From NCBI GenBank assembly GCA_049472335.1, contig JBLIRO010000097.1:1-16554 (forward strand): DNA of 16,554 nt. Reading direction: 5' to 3'. Below, piece after piece: positions 14,631 through 16,554 of the stretch. The position numbers and the translations under genes are program-made. The notes beneath the pieces were generated by a model. That model did no database searches. It had not been told where the DNA came from and saw only the letters and a program-made list of their open reading frames with translations. The stretch comes from a bacterium. Its GTDB lineage: Bacteria; SZUA-182; DTGQ01; JAFGSM01. How positions within the stretch are numbered: the stretch's first letter is position 1; every line of letters starts with the position of its first letter.

Positions 14631-15566
14631 CTACTGTAAATTAATAATCCTGGCGAGACAACCACCGCTGCATAATTTGTTTTGAAAATAATCGCAGGAC
14701 CGACATTTTGACGGAATAATCTTATCCTTCGTCCTGTATAATATTTTCTCAAAATGGTCCTTTATTTCCTGGATATTTTTAAAATCCGGAAGTCTCTTGC
14801 TCGCTATTTTATATAAAGGAAAACATGGCCAGACAGACAAATCCGTCCCTATATCAATAGCCGGACCGCATTTAAAAGGAGCGACTGCTCCAAAAGAATA
14901 AAGTTCTTTTATTTGTTCATCATCAAACATACAGAAACTGAATCCACAATCAAAACCTACCTTAATATTATAATTATCAGCGTATTCCAAAAGTTTCAAA
15001 ATCTTTTGGGACAATACCGGAAACCCCTCCTCCGAGATAAAGGTGTTCTTTCCGTCCAATAAAGGTTGGGCGATACCCAGACGAATTTTTTTAATAAGAT
15101 TAAAACCTCTTACTATATCCACCGGGAATCTATAATCGAAGTCGATATTATATAGATTAAAGCTCAACGAAGCCTTTTCATGAATTTTCTCCAGATTTTC
15201 CTGTAATAATTTCCAATTTTTATACGGATAATTTATTTTTTCATTGATATTGATGATTATATTAATTGATTCCTTTGGTAAATGCATGAGGGCATCAATA
15301 CTTTTTTCAGGTATAATCCCATTGGTAAATAAAGCGATATGAAATTTCCTTTTTGAAATAAACCCAAGCATGTTGGGAAAACAGGGATGAAGTGTGGGCT
15401 CGCCACCCAGAATGGATATTGCGTAGATTCCGGATTTCTCATGAAAATCAAGGATATTAACAAGATTATCAAATGACAGATTTTCCTTTTTCTGATTCAT
15501 CTTTCCGTCTGCGAAGCAATAAGCACAATTATTATTACAATAATTTGTAAAAAGTATATTGCTCAT
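14631..15566 (-). CDS. Radical SAM protein with C-terminal SPASM-type domain
   Basis: 311 aa. TNYCNNNCAYCF (CxxxCxxC) at the extreme N-terminus, LGGEPTLHP, FTNG. C-terminal CGPAIDIGTDLSVWPC...CRSCDYFQNKLCSGGC. Confidence 0.92.
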   Translation of the reverse strand: MSNILFTNYCNNNCAYCFADGKMNQKKENLSFDNLVNILDFHEKSGIYAISILGGEPTLHPCFPNMLGFISKRKFHIALFTNGIIPEKSIDALMHLPKESINIIININEKINYPYKNWKLLQENLEKIHEKASLSFNLYNIDFDYRFPVDIVRGFNLIKKIRLGIAQPLLDGKNTFISEEGFPVLSQKILKLLEYADNYNIKVGFDCGFSFCMFDDEQIKELYSFGAVAPFKCGPAIDIGTDLSVWPCFPLYKIASKRLPDFKNIQEIKDHFEKILYRTKDKIIPSKCRSCDYFQNKLCSGGCLARIINLQ

Positions 15567-16554
15567 TTTATTTTTTTGGATTGTAACATCATATAGTTCA
15601 ATGAGATTTCAAAGATTTTTTTATAAACATCACAATAATAATCTTTTTCATTTATGTCGCCGTTTAAACTCAGGGACCGAATGGGACATCCGCCATGACA
15701 AAGAAATAAATACCGGCATTTCCCGCAATCTCCCTCAACTATCTTCAATATCCTATTTATAATCCTTTTTCTATTCTGAGAATTTAATATATCAGAAAGA
15801 TTATCCTTAAGAATATTACCAAAAATATATTCAGAATAGTTTGCGTTAAAGCAATCACATAGTGAGATATCTCCTGTCGGGGAAACGGATATAAAATTAT
15901 TGATGCACTCATATGACCAAATACATCCTGTATCCTTTAATCTATTTGTTTTAACGCTTATAAAATAATTAAATGGATTTATTACTGAATCATCAGTATC
16001 TTTTTTTGATAACCAAATCTCCATTAATGAAGAAAAGAAACCCTTGGTAAGTTCTATATCCAGTTTAAAATTTTCTGCTTTGTTTTTATCCATTCCACTG
16101 GCATGGGGAAGATTGACCTGGAAAATCTTTATTCCTTTTTCAATATAATAATTATAAAAATCCAAAGGATTTACCTTTATTGACTCCGAATTTAATAGAC
16201 TTATCACATTTACCTTTATTCCGTCATTAGTTGCCTCATAATATTTTTCGAGCCATTTTGTTTCATAATCTTCTTTATTATTTAACTTTCTATGAATATT
16301 TGGAAAATCAAGGGAACTGCTTATTGTTTTATTGAAAACATTTTTAATTAAATCCCCTACCTCTTTATTGTATAGCAGGAGATTGGACTGAAGAGAATGG
16401 GAACAATGGATATCATCTCGCTGAAATACCTTTTCGGATATTTCGGACATTTTCCAAAGCCAATCTGCTCCCATTAAAAATATCTCTCCTCCCTGCCAGA
16501 AAAAATAAATCTTTTGTATATTTTTTCCTTGACAAAATTCCCTTATCTTTAAAA
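15563..16554 (-). CDS. Radical SAM/SPASM protein (anaerobic sulfatase-maturase/peptide-maturase-like), N-terminus beyond the right window edge
   Basis: The frame stays open upstream of the ORF-track Met to the edge (LKIREFCQGKNIQKIYFFWQGGEIFLMG..., a GGE motif; SLQSNLLL). SPASM: CIWSYEC...VSPTGDISLC...CGKCRYLFLCHGGCP...YYC. The CxxxCxxC motif is expected outside the window. ATGA overlap with the downstream radical SAM gene. Confidence 0.9.
   Translation of the reverse strand, partial: LKIREFCQGKNIQKIYFFWQGGEIFLMGADWLWKMSEISEKVFQRDDIHCSHSLQSNLLLYNKEVGDLIKNVFNKTISSSLDFPNIHRKLNNKEDYETKWLEKYYEATNDGIKVNVISLLNSESIKVNPLDFYNYYIEKGIKIFQVNLPHASGMDKNKAENFKLDIELTKGFFSSLMEIWLSKKDTDDSVINPFNYFISVKTNRLKDTGCIWSYECINNFISVSPTGDISLCDCFNANYSEYIFGNILKDNLSDILNSQNRKRIINRILKIVEGDCGKCRYLFLCHGGCPIRSLSLNGDINEKDYYCDVYKKIFEISLNYMMLQSKKIK

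Noticed and set aside
13105..15762. ORFs 13105..13311, 13614..14012, 14041..14280, 14468..14752, 15257..15472 and 15559..15762 as real genes or RiPP precursors
   Set aside because: They overlap well-supported CDSs or cross the terminator hairpin, and lack RBS or precursor-like features.

Overview
Bacterial accessory region from a diderm (it encodes an outer-membrane beta-barrel and a LolA-like protein); the taxon cannot be assigned from sequence alone. Left end, minus strand: an ECF sigma factor, a soluble zinc-binding (ZAS) anti-sigma-like protein, and a CHAT (caspase-like) protease with intact His/Cys dyad. The protease is missing from the ORF track and runs off the window edge. Together they look like a protease-triggered sigma-factor switch, the strongest candidate system here. 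Next come a divergent vapB-like antitoxin with an internally deleted vapC remnant, then on the minus strand a FadL/PorV-type barrel, a 1062-aa BNR/VPS10 propeller plus beta-helix exoprotein and an orphan LolA-like gene. Two divergent units, each behind a sigma54-type promoter, encode secreted proteins (DUF4114-like; Ig-like plus 12xNHL-PKD) that end in related TG(G/S)G...G(N/S)xxxH domains. A hairpin and two translationally coupled radical SAM/SPASM genes, the distal one truncated by the edge, close the window. No CRISPR array, rRNA, tRNA or transposase was recognised.
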